Source: a virus (Duplodnaviria > Caudoviricetes). Taken from it: 64,000 nucleotides of DNA. Position 1 is the first letter of the stretch, and each line of letters starts with the position of its first letter. Made by a program: the position numbers and the translations under genes. Positions 1 through 9,930 of this stretch are shown piece after piece. Below the pieces are notes generated by a model. That model was not told the origin of the DNA. It saw nothing but the letters and a program-made list of their open reading frames with translations, and did no database searches. The stretch lies in IMG/VR virus record IMGVR_UViG_2751186034_000001, positions 1 through 64,000 of that record; one strand, given 5' to 3'.

Positions 1-81
1 GGTCGTCTCCTGGAGTGGGCGGGCGTTCGCCTACCCTACAGGAGCCGATCGCGCACGCAAGCCACAGGCTGCATCAAGATG

Positions 82-594
82 CTAACGGGCGATGGTTTGC
101 ACGTAGGCCTGGCACGCTCGTAAGGCAATCAGGGCGTTATCGCCGTCGTCGGTGATGGCGATAATTCGCTGAGCATGCGCCGGGTCAAGTCGGGCTCGCG
201 GGGCTGCATGAACCAGGCCGCTGGCGGTGGTGGGGGCTGGCACTGCACTACCGTTGGCGGGGTCGCGGGTGTCGAGAAGGACTGACAACCGCACATCAGC
301 AGTGGCCAGGCGATCACGCAAAGCAGCCTGATGACGTTGTGCATCGCTTAACTCCTGCGCGTGTTGTTGATCGTTGGCGCTGAGCTTCTGCTCCAGGGCC
401 AGTCGCTTGTCGTGTTCGGCCTGTTGTTGACGCACGGCCAACTGGTGTTGTTGATCGAGCTCCCGGGCATGTATCGTCGCCAACCGTTGGATCTGCGCCT
501 CATACCGCCAGACCTGCACCTGCCAGGCCAGCCCCGCCGCCATCGCCACCAGCAGGAAATAGCCGAGCAAACGGTAGGACGTTAAGAACCGCAT
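82..594 (-). CDS. Rz-like i-spanin (tailocin)
   Basis: N-terminal TM segment, coiled coil, C-terminal ALRACQAYV; follows the endolysin; start MRFLTS at 594. Confidence 0.85.
   Translation of the reverse strand: MRFLTSYRLLGYFLLVAMAAGLAWQVQVWRYEAQIQRLATIHARELDQQHQLAVRQQQAEHDKRLALEQKLSANDQQHAQELSDAQRHQAALRDRLATADVRLSVLLDTRDPANGSAVPAPTTASGLVHAAPRARLDPAHAQRIIAITDDGDNALIALRACQAYVQTIAR
129..344 (-). CDS. Rz1-like o-spanin lipoprotein nested in Rz
   Basis: Signal peptide with lipobox LLMCGC, Pro-rich, embedded in another frame of Rz; paralogue at 15766-15981. Confidence 0.75.
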   Translation of the reverse strand: MHNVIRLLCVIAWPLLMCGCQSFSTPATPPTVVQCQPPPPPAAWFMQPREPDLTRRMLSELSPSPTTAITP

Positions 595-1139
595 AACACT
601 GCCTTCGCCCGCGCCCACAGCTGCATGCGCTGCTCCAGGCCATTGAGCCCACCATTGATGCGGCGCGTAATCGTGGTGAATTGATCCTTGTCGGCCAACG
701 CGTTCAGACCATTGCTTGCCCAATACCAAGCCGCCGACTCACACGCCCACCGGGACTGCTCAAGCAGTTCAGGCTGTGCCAACAGGCGATCGTCGCCGAA
801 TAGCGCCCGACTGCACGTCATATAGTTTCGACGGCCGGTAACCTGGATGAGCCCCCTGCCCCGATACTTCTGACCGTCACCGTCCGCTTCGGGCGTATTG
901 CCCAGGCGCGCAGCCAAGGTGCCGGTGTCGTATTTGCTCAGGTATTGGTGGCTGCCCAATTCGCGCAGGTATTGCAGCTCGCCGGATTCGTGAGCGATCT
1001 GAGCGAGAAAGGCAGCGATGCGTTGGGGGGTGTCGATAGCGTACCGTTCCATCGCCGCATTTATGGCGGGCAAAAAAACACCCGCTACGAGGCGGGCTGC
1101 TGGCATGATGTGGACAAGCTGGGCAAGCGTAATCAGCAT
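582..1139 (-). CDS. Glycoside hydrolase family 19 endolysin
   Basis: AAFLAQIAHESG, YRGRGLIQVTGR, ITRRINGGLNG motifs. Confidence 0.93.
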   Translation of the reverse strand: MLITLAQLVHIMPAARLVAGVFLPAINAAMERYAIDTPQRIAAFLAQIAHESGELQYLRELGSHQYLSKYDTGTLAARLGNTPEADGDGQKYRGRGLIQVTGRRNYMTCSRALFGDDRLLAQPELLEQSRWACESAAWYWASNGLNALADKDQFTTITRRINGGLNGLEQRMQLWARAKAVLCGS

Positions 1140-1161
1140 GGTTTCTACTCTGTAAGAAGGT

Positions 1162-2172
1162 CTAGATCGACAACCCGCCCGCCACAATCGAACTGCGATA
1201 CCCCGTCGTCGGGTCACCCACATGGGTCACTTGGGTGATCGACCAGCGCCCTTGCATATAGGACGGCCAGCTCTCATCCAGCAGCAGCAACCCTTCAGCG
1301 GCGAGCAGCGGGTTGCCTGGACAATCGATCTGTAATTTCAAACCTTCACGGCCCACGCGCCGCAGTTCGCCTTCGGCCACAGCGCGGGCTTCGGCTTCGT
1401 TCTGGCAGCGTTGGCGCAAGGTTTTGAACGGCGCAATGCCGACTTGCACGACGTGCTGTTTGCCCCCGGCGGCATCCCACCAGGTCACACGGCACCCCAT
1501 GTACTTAGAGCGCGATTGTTCGTCGAGCTTGGCTGTGATGAACGCTTGGTCACCGGGCCGGTTGTCCTGGGTCACGGATAACGTCACATCCGGCAGAGGC
1601 TGGCCGGAAAGGGAGTGAACCTTGCCGGCTTCCGCCAATACATACAGTTCGTTGATCGGTTTTGTGATGGCGCTATAGCGATTGGCCAGGCGCGTGATAA
1701 ACGCCATGTCGCTTTCGTTGGATTGATCGATATGGGGAATCGGAATGCCTTCCAGCGCCGGTGCCACCCGGGGTGAATAGCCATGCCGGCTGACTAACTG
1801 ACGAAACAGCGCGCCCAGGGTGGTAGGCCCGTAACTGGCGGAGCGACGCTGCCGGTAATGGCTGGGGTCCGCAGCACTGAAAGGTGCGGCGGTGGCGACG
1901 ATCATCAAGCGCATCGGAAACAGCACCGGGGTTCGCTGCGTGATGACGAATTCGCCCTTCTCCACCAGGCCCGACTCCTGATAGCCGACCCGCATGCCGA
2001 TCTTGCCGCTCAAGCTCGGCAACCCTTCCAGGCCCTCGGTATTGAGCGTGAGTTCCAGTCGGTCGGTCTGGATACCGGCGGCATCGGTATGGCTCCAGTG
2101 CATCAACCGTTGGTTAAGCAATGCCGCATTGGCACCGTAGAACTCAACGACCGGGGTGAATCCCTGTGTCAT
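1162..2172 (-). CDS. Late control D-like baseplate hub protein
   Basis: HIDQSNESDMAFITRLA motif; synteny after U and X. Confidence 0.88.
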   Translation of the reverse strand: MTQGFTPVVEFYGANAALLNQRLMHWSHTDAAGIQTDRLELTLNTEGLEGLPSLSGKIGMRVGYQESGLVEKGEFVITQRTPVLFPMRLMIVATAAPFSAADPSHYRQRRSASYGPTTLGALFRQLVSRHGYSPRVAPALEGIPIPHIDQSNESDMAFITRLANRYSAITKPINELYVLAEAGKVHSLSGQPLPDVTLSVTQDNRPGDQAFITAKLDEQSRSKYMGCRVTWWDAAGGKQHVVQVGIAPFKTLRQRCQNEAEARAVAEGELRRVGREGLKLQIDCPGNPLLAAEGLLLLDESWPSYMQGRWSITQVTHVGDPTTGYRSSIVAGGLSI

Positions 2173-2181
2173 ATGGCCTCC

Positions 2182-2394
2182 TCAATCCCAGGCCGAAATC
2201 GGCCGCAAAGCCGCTGGCCGGGCGTGCAACTCCGGCACCACCACCCACACGCCCGCCGGCAATACCGGCCCGTGCTCGGCCAGTTCGGGGTTCAGGCGCC
2301 AGAGGGTTTCTTCAGCAGCGTCGTCACAGCGCCCCAACTCGCGGTACAGCAGCAGGTTGACTGAATCCCCGGCAATACTTCGCACTCTACGCAT
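2182..2394 (-). CDS. Tail protein X (P2 gpX-like)
   Basis: GDSVNLLLYR...LNPELAEHGPVLPAG motif. Confidence 0.88.
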   Translation of the reverse strand: MRRVRSIAGDSVNLLLYRELGRCDDAAEETLWRLNPELAEHGPVLPAGVWVVVPELHARPAALRPISAWD

Positions 2395-2773
2395 TGACGA
2401 ACTCCTCCAATTCAAGGCTCCAGGACATGACCATGGCGGTGCCGTCGTCGATCACATGGCTTTGGTTTTCCACCACGGCGTTGATGCGCCACAGCCCCCA
2501 GTTCCGGCCGATCCCGTCGACCAGCGGCAGCGGTGCCCGCGCATTCTGCAAGGCGCGTAACTCGTCCAGGCGCTGCATACCTACGGCGTACATTGCCGTG
2601 CCGCCGAACGTGAGTTTCTCCAGAGCCTGACCGCTCTGACGGGACTGCGGCTTGCTGGCAATGATTTCCAGGTTGCTCCAGCCCCCGTAACTGCTGTGGG
2701 TGAGCGTGGCGTAGGCAAAACCTCGTGAGAGGCCAAAGATAAAATCGCCCAATACCATCTGTTGTCGCATCAA
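2387..2773 (-). CDS. Tail protein U (P2 gpU-like)
   Basis: LVDGIGRNWGLWRI motif; synteny. Confidence 0.88.
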   Translation of the reverse strand: MMRQQMVLGDFIFGLSRGFAYATLTHSSYGGWSNLEIIASKPQSRQSGQALEKLTFGGTAMYAVGMQRLDELRALQNARAPLPLVDGIGRNWGLWRINAVVENQSHVIDDGTAMVMSWSLELEEFVNA

Positions 2774-4014
2774 TCACCTCCGGGGTCGGCCAATGCCGCG
2801 TTGCGTCGAATACCGAGGGAATCGGTCACCATGGGCGTGCATTGGAATTGCAGGGCCTGGAGCACTTGGTTGACCACTTGCTGGGCATCGGCGGGGTTGA
2901 CGCCAGTGATCTGGATGCTCGGCGAGATCGTGACCTGGATGTTGTCGGTGCGAGCACTGTTGAGTTCCTTGCTCAAGGCATTCGGCGCGGGCAAGCGATC
3001 ACTTGAACTGAACAGTTTGTCACCGAGCCAACTGCCCGCTTCGCTGCCCAGCAAGCCACCGATTGCACCACCGACGGCGGTACCGATACCGGGAAAAACC
3101 AGCGTGCCAAGTGCAGCCCCGGCCGATGCGCCAGCCCAGGCGCCACCGGCGGTGCTCAGGCCACTGCCAACGGCTTTTGCATCGCCCTGGCGCACGCCTT
3201 GCACGACGGCCATCGCGGTGTCGACGTACTTCAGCGGGCCCAGCCTGCGCACGAAGGATGATTCCAGTCGGGTCGCGGCGCCAGCCAGGCTCGAAGGGGC
3301 CGCTGTGCGTGGAGCAATCGTCGAGGCATTGAACCCCAGGCGCGGACCTTCGAAGACCTTGCTTACCTTTTCGAAGAGGCTGCGCACCGTGGCGAACAAA
3401 CTCAAAGAGGTTCGGGGGGGACTGCGCCTTGACTTCATGAACGTGGGCTTGCCTGGCCCTCTCTTCCCAGATGACTTGTTGGGCCCATAACGCTTACGCC
3501 CCCGCGGCACCTCGCTGACACCCGAGCAGCAAGCGTCACCGCCCTTGCCGGCCCCCTTAAACACCGCGCCGATGCGGGGGATCTTGCCCAAGGTCGCTTC
3601 AAGCACCTTGTCTGAAACCTTGGTTCTGAACGAATCCGCCAAGCCTTCAACGGCCCACTTGAGCAATTGAGTGGCGGAGGATTCGGCAGGCTTTGTTTCT
3701 TCCGGCGTTTTCTTCGTCTCACTGGTCGCGGGGCTCAGGGCCGGGGCGGTCAGGGCAGCGCCGGTGATGAACAACGTCGTGTTGAGCGTCTCCAGCGTCT
3801 CGCGCAACCGTACCTGCTCCAGGGTCAACGCATTCAGGTCCACGCTGACGGTAACCAGCGCCGAGCTGAGCGTCGATTGCGGTGATGGAGCCTCGCGTTC
3901 AGGCGCGGCCAAGCTTGCAGAGAACGGTGCGAGCACACTGCCCAGATCCGCGTCACCGAGCATCCAGCGGTTGTCTTGCACCGCGAGCCGGGTCGCATAT
4001 TGAGTCTCTTGCAT
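2770..4014 (-). CDS. Tape measure protein (short, 414 aa)
   Basis: Position between chaperone and U; Gly/Ala-rich GAAxGxxxxPGIGTAVGG repeats. Confidence 0.7.
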   Translation of the reverse strand: MQETQYATRLAVQDNRWMLGDADLGSVLAPFSASLAAPEREAPSPQSTLSSALVTVSVDLNALTLEQVRLRETLETLNTTLFITGAALTAPALSPATSETKKTPEETKPAESSATQLLKWAVEGLADSFRTKVSDKVLEATLGKIPRIGAVFKGAGKGGDACCSGVSEVPRGRKRYGPNKSSGKRGPGKPTFMKSRRSPPRTSLSLFATVRSLFEKVSKVFEGPRLGFNASTIAPRTAAPSSLAGAATRLESSFVRRLGPLKYVDTAMAVVQGVRQGDAKAVGSGLSTAGGAWAGASAGAALGTLVFPGIGTAVGGAIGGLLGSEAGSWLGDKLFSSSDRLPAPNALSKELNSARTDNIQVTISPSIQITGVNPADAQQVVNQVLQALQFQCTPMVTDSLGIRRNAALADPGGD

Positions 4015-4020
4015 CTCGCT

Positions 4021-4715
4021 TTACTCCTGTTTAACCCCAAGGCGAGTGATCGCAATGTCGTAGCGGCGCAGTGCTTTTGCGGCGTCCCAGTCGAGAATTT
4101 CCGCTTCGTTTACCGAGTAAACCAGCGGCACCACATCGAGGATCACGTCGATGTCGCGTTCCGAAAGAAGTCCGCCGGTTGATTTAAAAAATCGTCGATG
4201 CGCTCCTGCAATTCCGTCCAGTCCGGTACGGTCAACCCCGCGAGATCCGGGATCATCAAGCCGGTGCAATGGGCGGTGATGAATTCGGCGCGTTCTTTGT
4301 TGGTGGCGAGTTTTTTCATCACTTTGGTGGCGCGCAGGGCGGGCATTTCCAGGGGCAGTTCATTCAGGGTTCGGCCGGCTGCATCCAGGGGCAATAGCAG
4401 TTGGATGGGCTGGTCGTGGGACGACTGCTGAGGTTCGTTGAGAAAGAATGAAGCAGGTCGCGTCGACATCTCGTGTACGTACTGAGCGATAGACACGTAG
4501 TCCGGGCGCTTGAGCTGGTCGAGTTCTTTTTCCGACAGGCCGGTGGCGAGTTTCGCCAGTTCAAAGAACTGATCGTCCTCGTCGTCACCGGCCCGGGCCA
4601 GCGCGTCTTTTTGCGCGGCGTAGTACAGCGGTTTAAGTTGCACCTGCTCGATCGTCGCGCCGGTGTCGGCGGTGATTGCAGACAGCAACCTATGCAGCGG
4701 TGGCATCCAGGCCAT
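4021..4715 (-). CDS. Tail assembly chaperone E (4143-4715) with predicted -1 frameshift extension E' to 4021
   Basis: In-frame slippery heptamer T-TTT-TTA at 4191-4185; the -1 frame continues FKSTGG...GVKQE. Confidence 0.75.
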
Positions 4716-4765
4716 GGGGCAATTCCTTGTTCAAGCAAGGGGCGAGCGCACCCGCCCCCAGGGGT

Positions 4766-5272
4766 TTAAGGCATCAGCACAGCGCGGCGCGCATCGCCCA
4801 GGATGTCGACGCCATTGAGCACGAATTTTTGGGTGCGCACATCGATGTCGATCACCGGGATGCCGTTTTCCAGTCGGTTGTAGGTGCGGCAGGACAACAC
4901 CAGCGTGGTGAGCGCCTTGTCGCCCATTTTCAGCTTCGCTTCATCCAGGGATTTGAGCTTGCCGCCGACGGTGTGGTAGGTGAAATACGTCTTGCCATCC
5001 TGGTCCTGGCCGGCTTCACGTACGTTGAGCAGGATGTCGTCACCCATGCGCACGCCCAGCGCCAGCATGATTTCAGGACCGGCACCCTGGAGGACCAGCG
5101 TGGCATTGAGCACCTTGCCGCTCTTGGCCATTTCCTCGGCGATAAAGCGCCCACCGGACATGAGTTCCATGTCGAACTCGATCTTCGGCGGGGTGAACTC
5201 TTCCACGGTCGCGGACAACGGCAGGCCTTGGAGGGTGGCCGCAATGGCCTGTCTGACTCGGTTGGTAAACAT
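4766..5272 (-). CDS. Major tail tube protein
   Basis: P2 FII-like sequence; follows the sheath gene. Confidence 0.92.
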   Translation of the reverse strand: MFTNRVRQAIAATLQGLPLSATVEEFTPPKIEFDMELMSGGRFIAEEMAKSGKVLNATLVLQGAGPEIMLALGVRMGDDILLNVREAGQDQDGKTYFTYHTVGGKLKSLDEAKLKMGDKALTTLVLSCRTYNRLENGIPVIDIDVRTQKFVLNGVDILGDARRAVLMP

Positions 5273-6438
5273 TAGAGAACGTCCTCCAGGAACTGCTCGA
5301 TGATTTCATCACGGGCGTTGAGTTGATAAATCATGTGTTCGTTGGGCGCGTAGCGGCCATAGTCGATGACGATGAACCAAGTGCCGTTTTTGTACTTCTC
5401 GACACTGTTCAACTCCGGGTGCAGGTACACGCTGGCGCCGGGAATGGTTTCGTCGGCGACCAGGGTTTGCAGCCAGTCGTTGATGCGCTTGACCTCCTGA
5501 TCCATGAAGGACTTGGTGAGGTTCTTGGCCATGGCTTTCTGGCCGGCCTTGACCAGTTTGCGGCTGATGGCATCTTCCAGGCCGACATAGCTGATGAATT
5601 TGCCGGTGATGGAACGGTTACCCAGCAACGAGAAGCCGCCGAGGATGGTGCGCGCGTAGTAGCTCACGCCATAACGGTTGAGCAGGTCGCCTTCGGTGGA
5701 GGTGTCGAGGATGTTGTACTCGACCACGCGGGAAACGTCCTCGGCGAACGTCACCTGATTACCCGGGCTCTCCCACTGCTTGACCTTGGCCAGCGCGGCG
5801 ATCGCCAGAGACGACGGCGACAGAAACACGTTTTTCTTCGCCGCCTTGGAGTACACCGACGGCATGTTGTGCACCAGCAGGCAGCGGTCGAAACCCAGGT
5901 CGGCGCCGCCCAGTTCGCCGCTATAGGCCACTTGGTCGGCGACGCTGGCATCTTTGCCGTCGAGCACGACACGCGCCTTGATGCGCTTGCCGAACGAGGC
6001 AAACTCGCCGGCCACGGCCTTGGTGCCAGTGAAGCCGGGGGCGCCGATGATGGTCAGGTCTTCAGGCACGCTGGCGAGTGCGGCCAGGCCCAGTTTGCGG
6101 CCGGTGACCGGGTCGTTACCGCCGATCACATTGTTGAGCGTATCGGCCGCAGTGGCGCCCTCTTCGACGATCACCACGTAGACCGGCACCTTCACCACTT
6201 TGAGAATCTGGTAGACGGCGTGGAACAACGTGCCCGACTCGGCACCGGTGGTGTCCAGCAGCGCCTGGGTAGTGAAGCTATTGATGCGAAACGGCGCATT
6301 TTTCGGAATCGACGCATGGGCGTTCGGCGCGGTGCCGACCAGACCGATGACGTTATCACCCAGGCCACCCATGGCCTCGGGGGATTCGGTGGCATTGACG
6401 GTAATACCGTTGTGCTCGAAGTTCAGAACCTCAGCCAT
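5272..6438 (-). CDS. Tail sheath protein
   Basis: 388 aa FI-like protein; VIGLVGTAP and YGRYAPNEH motifs. Confidence 0.93.
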   Translation of the reverse strand: MAEVLNFEHNGITVNATESPEAMGGLGDNVIGLVGTAPNAHASIPKNAPFRINSFTTQALLDTTGAESGTLFHAVYQILKVVKVPVYVVIVEEGATAADTLNNVIGGNDPVTGRKLGLAALASVPEDLTIIGAPGFTGTKAVAGEFASFGKRIKARVVLDGKDASVADQVAYSGELGGADLGFDRCLLVHNMPSVYSKAAKKNVFLSPSSLAIAALAKVKQWESPGNQVTFAEDVSRVVEYNILDTSTEGDLLNRYGVSYYARTILGGFSLLGNRSITGKFISYVGLEDAISRKLVKAGQKAMAKNLTKSFMDQEVKRINDWLQTLVADETIPGASVYLHPELNSVEKYKNGTWFIVIDYGRYAPNEHMIYQLNARDEIIEQFLEDVL

Positions 6439-6440
6439 GG

Positions 6441-6614
6441 TTATTCAGCCTTCTTCGGGGTGGAGTTAAGGACGCTGGTCAGTTCCAGACGGCCAGCGGT
6501 GCGCAGGGCGGATGCTTCGACGTCCAGCAGTTCCAGTTCCTGGCCAACGGTGGACCAATGGCCGCCTCCGGTAGGGAATGGGATGAGGACGGTGTAGGTT
6601 TGGCGGGTAGGCAT
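6441..6614 (-). CDS. Small tailocin protein
   Basis: Short ORF with RBS directly before the sheath gene. Confidence 0.6.
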   Translation of the reverse strand: MPTRQTYTVLIPFPTGGGHWSTVGQELELLDVEASALRTAGRLELTSVLNSTPKKAE

Positions 6615-6673
6615 AGGTGGGTTTCTCCGGGTTGAGAACGCCAAAGCCCCTTGAGGAGGGGCTTTGGGGAGGC

Positions 6674-6694
6674 GAAAAAAAACCGCTTTCGCGG
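6674..6694 (-). terminator. Intrinsic terminator after the fibre genes
   Basis: ACCGC-GAAA-GCGGT stem followed by T8 on the minus strand. Confidence 0.7.
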
Positions 6695-6699
6695 TGAGG

Positions 6700-6936
6700 T
6701 TATTTGAGAAAGGACGGTTTAGATGGCCACTCGACCGCGTCCGGGTCGCTGCCTTGGTCCGGGATATCTCGCAGGCCCTGGCGATAGGCTAAAAACGCAG
6801 CCTTGTTTGACTCCTCCATTGGATAATCTGGCATAGCCGCATAATCACTGGCAGCCAGATCCTGGTCGCGAGCACTACGAATTACCTGCCACTTGATTAG
6901 CGGATGAAGTTCAGCAGGTACAAAAATCGGTTTCAT
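6700..6936 (-). CDS. Tail fibre assembly protein
   Basis: YRQGLRDIPDQ...VEWPSKP motif. Confidence 0.8.
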   Translation of the reverse strand: MKPIFVPAELHPLIKWQVIRSARDQDLAASDYAAMPDYPMEESNKAAFLAYRQGLRDIPDQGSDPDAVEWPSKPSFLK

Positions 6937-6945
6937 AATTTCTCC

Positions 6946-7698
6946 TTAATTCAACGCCAACATAGTTCCCCAGTCACCTGGACTAGTAACAACACCCGTA
7001 CATGCACCTGCCAGCATCACCTCGACAACCCCGGAGGCGGAGTTACGCATTGGGTGCAGATGATAATAAGCACCGAAGAGCTCGGTGGGTGCTACAACTG
7101 CAGAGCACCAGCGCCATTTGCCTTTTTCTGCCCCTGTGCTCCAAGCACCAGCAATTGCCCCCTCTACAACGCGGACAAAAGCCCCCAATGTAATGTAAGA
7201 GTTAAGCGGCACCGCGCCAGTCCCATTTGCAAGCGCCGTATCTACGGTATAGGGGAAAGCCAGCCAGGGACTCACATCGGCGGTTGCCCATTTCAACTGC
7301 CACACGTTGACGATAGTTCGCCAGTACTCACTGGCCCTAATATCAAATCCAGGAAACTGTTCACGCACGTCCGCCTGTACCTGCAACATGAAGTCCACAT
7401 CCGCCTGGGGGCGTCCCGTGGCTTGAGAGGTAGTAGTTATCGAACGAAGTTTGTTGCAAGTAACTTCACCATGAATACCCCAGTTATCAATCAATTTCCC
7501 GTCGGCGCTGGGGTACAAATTGAAATTTTTAGTCACCGCCAGCCTTGGCAAGCGATTTTTAAGATCCAACAATTGCGCTTCATAGGCACGTCGTGCCTCA
7601 GCAATCGCTTTATCAATCTCTCCGACCTTTCCGGTGATAACTTGGGTAAGGTTATTCGCTGCACTGACCACGGCGGCCAGTTGTTGTTCTGTACTCAA
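6946..7698 (-). CDS. Tail fibre / receptor-binding protein (distal)
   Basis: N-terminal coiled coil; AT-richer DNA; lies between the fibre anchor and chaperone genes. Confidence 0.65.
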   Translation of the reverse strand: MSTEQQLAAVVSAANNLTQVITGKVGEIDKAIAEARRAYEAQLLDLKNRLPRLAVTKNFNLYPSADGKLIDNWGIHGEVTCNKLRSITTTSQATGRPQADVDFMLQVQADVREQFPGFDIRASEYWRTIVNVWQLKWATADVSPWLAFPYTVDTALANGTGAVPLNSYITLGAFVRVVEGAIAGAWSTGAEKGKWRWCSAVVAPTELFGAYYHLHPMRNSASGVVEVMLAGACTGVVTSPGDWGTMLALN

Positions 7699-7760
7699 GA
7701 TATGATCTCCTTATCTTTTACAATGACCGGACAGCTTCTCAATTTAGAAAGCCGACAAAA

Positions 7761-8303
7761 CTAGATGCCACCCCCAACACTTTCGAGTTTCATTACTCGA
7801 AACATGAGCCCTACCCCTCTGGCCATGTTGTCTACACTGGCTGCGGACAACGCTGCCAACTCATCGATCAACAACACATTCAGATTTTCACTCCCCACTA
7901 AAATCACCACGCTATCCCCCGGCAACGGCGAAACATCCAGCGTAAACTTCTGCAGCACCCGAGCCGCCGCCGCTTTATACGTCAGCAACTTGCCTGCGAC
8001 GGAATACACCGCCAACAGCGTCCCACTGGCGAGATAAAAACCAAACTCGCCAATTTCATATTCCCCGTCGCCGTCAAACAGCGCGGCCATCCTAAGTTGG
8101 TGGTTGCCCAGGTCTTCGTAATCCACGATGGCGACCCGTTGGCGTTCGTCGCGCAAGGCCACTTCGCTGCCGTCCGGGTTGTAGCGGCCGGTGCCGGCGC
8201 CAATGTGGGTGATTTCACCTTTCAAACCCTGGTTCTTCGCCTGCAGCACTTCATCCAATCCCTTGGCGGTGAAGCGCACCAGGCGCGTAATGTCATCTGT
8301 CAT
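7761..8303 (-). CDS. Tail fibre N-terminal (baseplate anchor) protein
   Basis: gpH-like N-terminus (ITHIGAG...EIGEFGFY); only 180 aa. Confidence 0.8.
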   Translation of the reverse strand: MTDDITRLVRFTAKGLDEVLQAKNQGLKGEITHIGAGTGRYNPDGSEVALRDERQRVAIVDYEDLGNHQLRMAALFDGDGEYEIGEFGFYLASGTLLAVYSVAGKLLTYKAAAARVLQKFTLDVSPLPGDSVVILVGSENLNVLLIDELAALSAASVDNMARGVGLMFRVMKLESVGGGI

Positions 8304-8938
8304 GGCTGCGCCCTGAGGTCGTAGTCGTTAATGGTGTAGTGCAGGGCTGCGCCGGTTTGGGTAAGCCGGGCGCCCAGCACTGTTTCGGGTAGAGCGCCCC
8401 GCAGGGAAAACTCACTGTCACTCAACGGCGGGTCGAGCGCGCTGCTGATCGAAAGGCCGCCCAAGGTCTCGTGGACAATGGTGATGGTGGCCTGATCACG
8501 CTCGCTCTTGGCCGCGTTGATACGCCGAATCAGCCGGTTGTGGTCACCGCTGGACCAACTGCGCCCCACAATTGCCTGCACGTCAAAGGTGTACGGCACG
8601 CCGAGCGGCCGCTGCTGATACCAGGCGCTGATATTGGGCGTAAAACCCAAAGACTCCACCGCATGGTTCAACGCCTTGGGCGTGCCCGCCTGACGCTGGA
8701 TCTGCCAGGAAAGCCCCACGGTCAGGCGTTTTTCCGTTTCGCTGGCTTGGGTATTCCATTCGCTGACACCCCGGTCGGCGGCCAGGTACGGCAGAAATTC
8801 GACGGGGGTTTGCAGCGGGTTCATCAGCGCGGGAAACGGCGGTACGACGCGGTCCAGCAGGGTGCCGAAGCCCAGGTCCAGGGCTTTCTCCAGTGCTGAG
8901 CTATTGGCCGGCAACAGGCTCGCTTTGCTTTCACTCAT
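8300..8938 (-). CDS. Baseplate/tail protein I
   Basis: SLLPANSS...FLPYLA..GVSEW motif. Confidence 0.88.
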   Translation of the reverse strand: MSESKASLLPANSSALEKALDLGFGTLLDRVVPPFPALMNPLQTPVEFLPYLAADRGVSEWNTQASETEKRLTVGLSWQIQRQAGTPKALNHAVESLGFTPNISAWYQQRPLGVPYTFDVQAIVGRSWSSGDHNRLIRRINAAKSERDQATITIVHETLGGLSISSALDPPLSDSEFSLRGALPETVLGARLTQTGAALHYTINDYDLRAQP

Positions 8939-9930
8939 AGCGTGCGCACCTCCACCTCGACACCGGTGCAATAAGGGGCCTGGAAGGCTGTGGTGATGAT
9001 CGGTTCCAGAGGTTCGAGAATCTGCAACTGCGCCGCGCCTGCACTGTGAATGGCGTAGTCGATCCAACTGGGGTCGACGCGTCCTTCGAGGCGATGGCAG
9101 GAGTCGGCGTAGGTTTGCAGCAGGCGTTGAGCCGCCACTTGGGTCAACCCGGAATCCGGCCCGGCGTTGATCTTGGCCACGACGCGGATTTTGTACGGCA
9201 GGATCTGCGCACTCTGCACGCTGACCAGATCGGTTTCCGGCCTTACATCCGGCCGTGCGAAATGTCGTCGCACGCCGTCAAGCAATTCGGAGGATGCGCT
9301 GCCGTCGCCCTCCCTGGACAGTACCGTGACCATGACTTCACCTGGAGCGGTGCGCCGCGCATTGCCATCCTTGACTTGGGCCGCGTAACCGTCCGGGTCG
9401 AAGGTGTAGCTGACGGTAACCACGCCGGGAGTGGCGCTCTGCACCTTGACCGACGGCCGTTCACCCAGGGTGAAGACCTCGCGTCGATACTGCATCCGCG
9501 AGCCTGCCGCCGGTGCATGGGGTGCCAGGTAGTAGCGCAGACGGGCATCGTCGTCGCTTTCCAGAATGGGTGGTATCGGCGGGAATGCGGCCGGGTCGCC
9601 AGGGTCGAGGACTTGGCGTTCCAGCCCCATGTCGGCAAGGCGTGCATCCAAGTTGCTGCCGGTTGCCCACCACGCCAGCATCTGCTTGATACGGGCGTTG
9701 TACTTGCGTTCATGGGTTTGCAGGCGCACGCAAAACGCTTCCAGGGCCAGGGTCAATAATTCGCTTTCATTGTCCAGACTGGCTTTGAGTTTGGGCGCGC
9801 TTTGCGGCGCACGGGTGGCCACGTAATCGATGACGAACGCCTTGAATTCCGCCAACAACGGCTCGAACGCCTCCACGGCAATAAGCGTCGGCTCCGCCAG
9901 TTGGTTCTGGCCGGGGATCAACATGCTCAT
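8935..9930 (-). CDS. Baseplate J protein
   Basis: WATGSNLD, ESDDDARLR, VRPETD motifs. Confidence 0.9.
   Translation of the reverse strand: MSMLIPGQNQLAEPTLIAVEAFEPLLAEFKAFVIDYVATRAPQSAPKLKASLDNESELLTLALEAFCVRLQTHERKYNARIKQMLAWWATGSNLDARLADMGLERQVLDPGDPAAFPPIPPILESDDDARLRYYLAPHAPAAGSRMQYRREVFTLGERPSVKVQSATPGVVTVSYTFDPDGYAAQVKDGNARRTAPGEVMVTVLSREGDGSASSELLDGVRRHFARPDVRPETDLVSVQSAQILPYKIRVVAKINAGPDSGLTQVAAQRLLQTYADSCHRLEGRVDPSWIDYAIHSAGAAQLQILEPLEPIITTAFQAPYCTGVEVEVRTL

Noticed and set aside
5323-6597. Long antisense ORFs over the sheath, J, capsid, gp7 and similar genes (for example 5323-6597, 21282-22358, 34501-35535)
   Set aside because: Shadow ORFs typical of GC-rich coding DNA; no RBS or motifs
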